The notes below the pieces were generated by a model. That model made no database searches. It had not been told where the DNA came from and saw nothing but the letters and a program-made list of their open reading frames with translations. This document shows, in pieces, positions 15,284 through 15,943 of a DNA stretch of 15,943 nt. The stretch covers positions 1 through 15,943 of the forward strand of contig CAXBPH010000157.1 in NCBI GenBank assembly GCA_963977445.1. Reading direction: 5' to 3'. The number at the start of each line of letters is the position of its first letter. Position 1 is the stretch's first letter. Source of the stretch: an uncultured bacterium (GTDB lineage: Bacteria > Hydrogenedentota > Hydrogenedentia > Hydrogenedentales > JAEUWI01). Both the position numbers and the translations under genes were made by a program.

Positions 15284-15844
15284 TCACCCGCCGAGCTGCT
15301 CGATTAACTCTGAGGCATCGGCTTTGGACTTCATGCGGGCTATCTGGGCACCACTGGCACCGAGGGTGTGGAGCAACTCAATCTGCATCCGCGTTGGTCG
15401 CAGGTGCATGGCCTCGATGAGGGATGAGGCGTCGGCCTGGCTGATTACCGTTGCGATACGGGCGGGTGGTGCACCGAGCCTGCCAAGATGGGCCAATTGC
15501 TTTTCCGTGGGTGGCGACAACTTCAGATGCTGCGCCTTGAGGGTATCGATACGTTCCGAAGCGGTTCCCCTATCCATCGTTACGACTTCGGATTCCCGGG
15601 CACCAAGGCGACGAAGATATTCCTTCTGTGCCTCAGAAGCGGGCTCATTTGAACCGGCTTCCATCGGCAACTCTTCGACCAGACTCGCCATTTGGGGTGC
15701 CGGGTCATTGGCCGACCCGATGAGGGCGATGCGGGTGCGACATTTGTTGCAGCATCCCCGCTGTCCGAGGTGTTTTGGTGCTATTTTCAACACCTGCTTA
15801 CAGGATGGACATATAAACTGGAGCATGCGTTCTGGTTTCTCCAT
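15284..15844 (-). CDS. Hypothetical protein: N-terminal CxxC-CxxC zinc ribbon plus three ~36-aa DUF3072-like repeats
   Basis: FICPSCKQVLKI...GCCNKCRTRI; three repeats of P-[ST]-x2-Q-x3-L-x2-LG-x(~10)-AS-x2-I-[DE]-x-[LM] type. Start could also be Met7. Confidence 0.8.
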   Translation of the reverse strand: MEKPERMLQFICPSCKQVLKIAPKHLGQRGCCNKCRTRIALIGSANDPAPQMASLVEELPMEAGSNEPASEAQKEYLRRLGARESEVVTMDRGTASERIDTLKAQHLKLSPPTEKQLAHLGRLGAPPARIATVISQADASSLIEAMHLRPTRMQIELLHTLGASGAQIARMKSKADASELIEQLGG

Positions 15845-15943
15845 GGCGCGGACGGGCCGCGTTGCTCCATCAGTGGTAGTACGTTGATTCTAGAGATTTA
15901 AGATGGGCTAACCCATCACGAAGTAGTTGGTCGCTTGATTCGG

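Noticed and set aside
15324..15887. 187-aa plus-strand ORF overlapping the zinc-ribbon gene
   Set aside because: The minus-strand ORF has a coherent zinc ribbon and repeat structure; this one has no such features.

Overview
GC-rich bacterial window. The sulfatase/DUF1080-rich gene content suggests a Planctomycetota- or Ca. Hydrogenedentota-like host; this is inference only. The left half (+ strand) carries a 5'-truncated FAD-dependent oxidoreductase, a secreted sulfatase fused to a DUF1080 (3-keto-disaccharide hydrolase-like) domain, a secreted DUF1080 protein, a secreted beta-propeller plus helical-domain protein, and a VOC/glyoxalase gene. The centre (about 8350-9785) holds a REP-associated tyrosine transposase (RAYT, HUH/Y1) inside three copies of a ~170-200 bp REPIN-like unit built from a GGAG-headed REP. 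The two REPs nearest the gene carry the same 22-nt insertion and form a 58-bp inverted repeat around it. The right half has a type-2 (archaeal/actinobacterial-like) valS with a terminator and structured leader, an M50 site-2 protease, a divergent protein with two apparently inactive histidine-kinase ATPase folds, and a zinc-ribbon protein with three DUF3072-like repeats. All domain calls come from motif recognition by eye; no searches were run.
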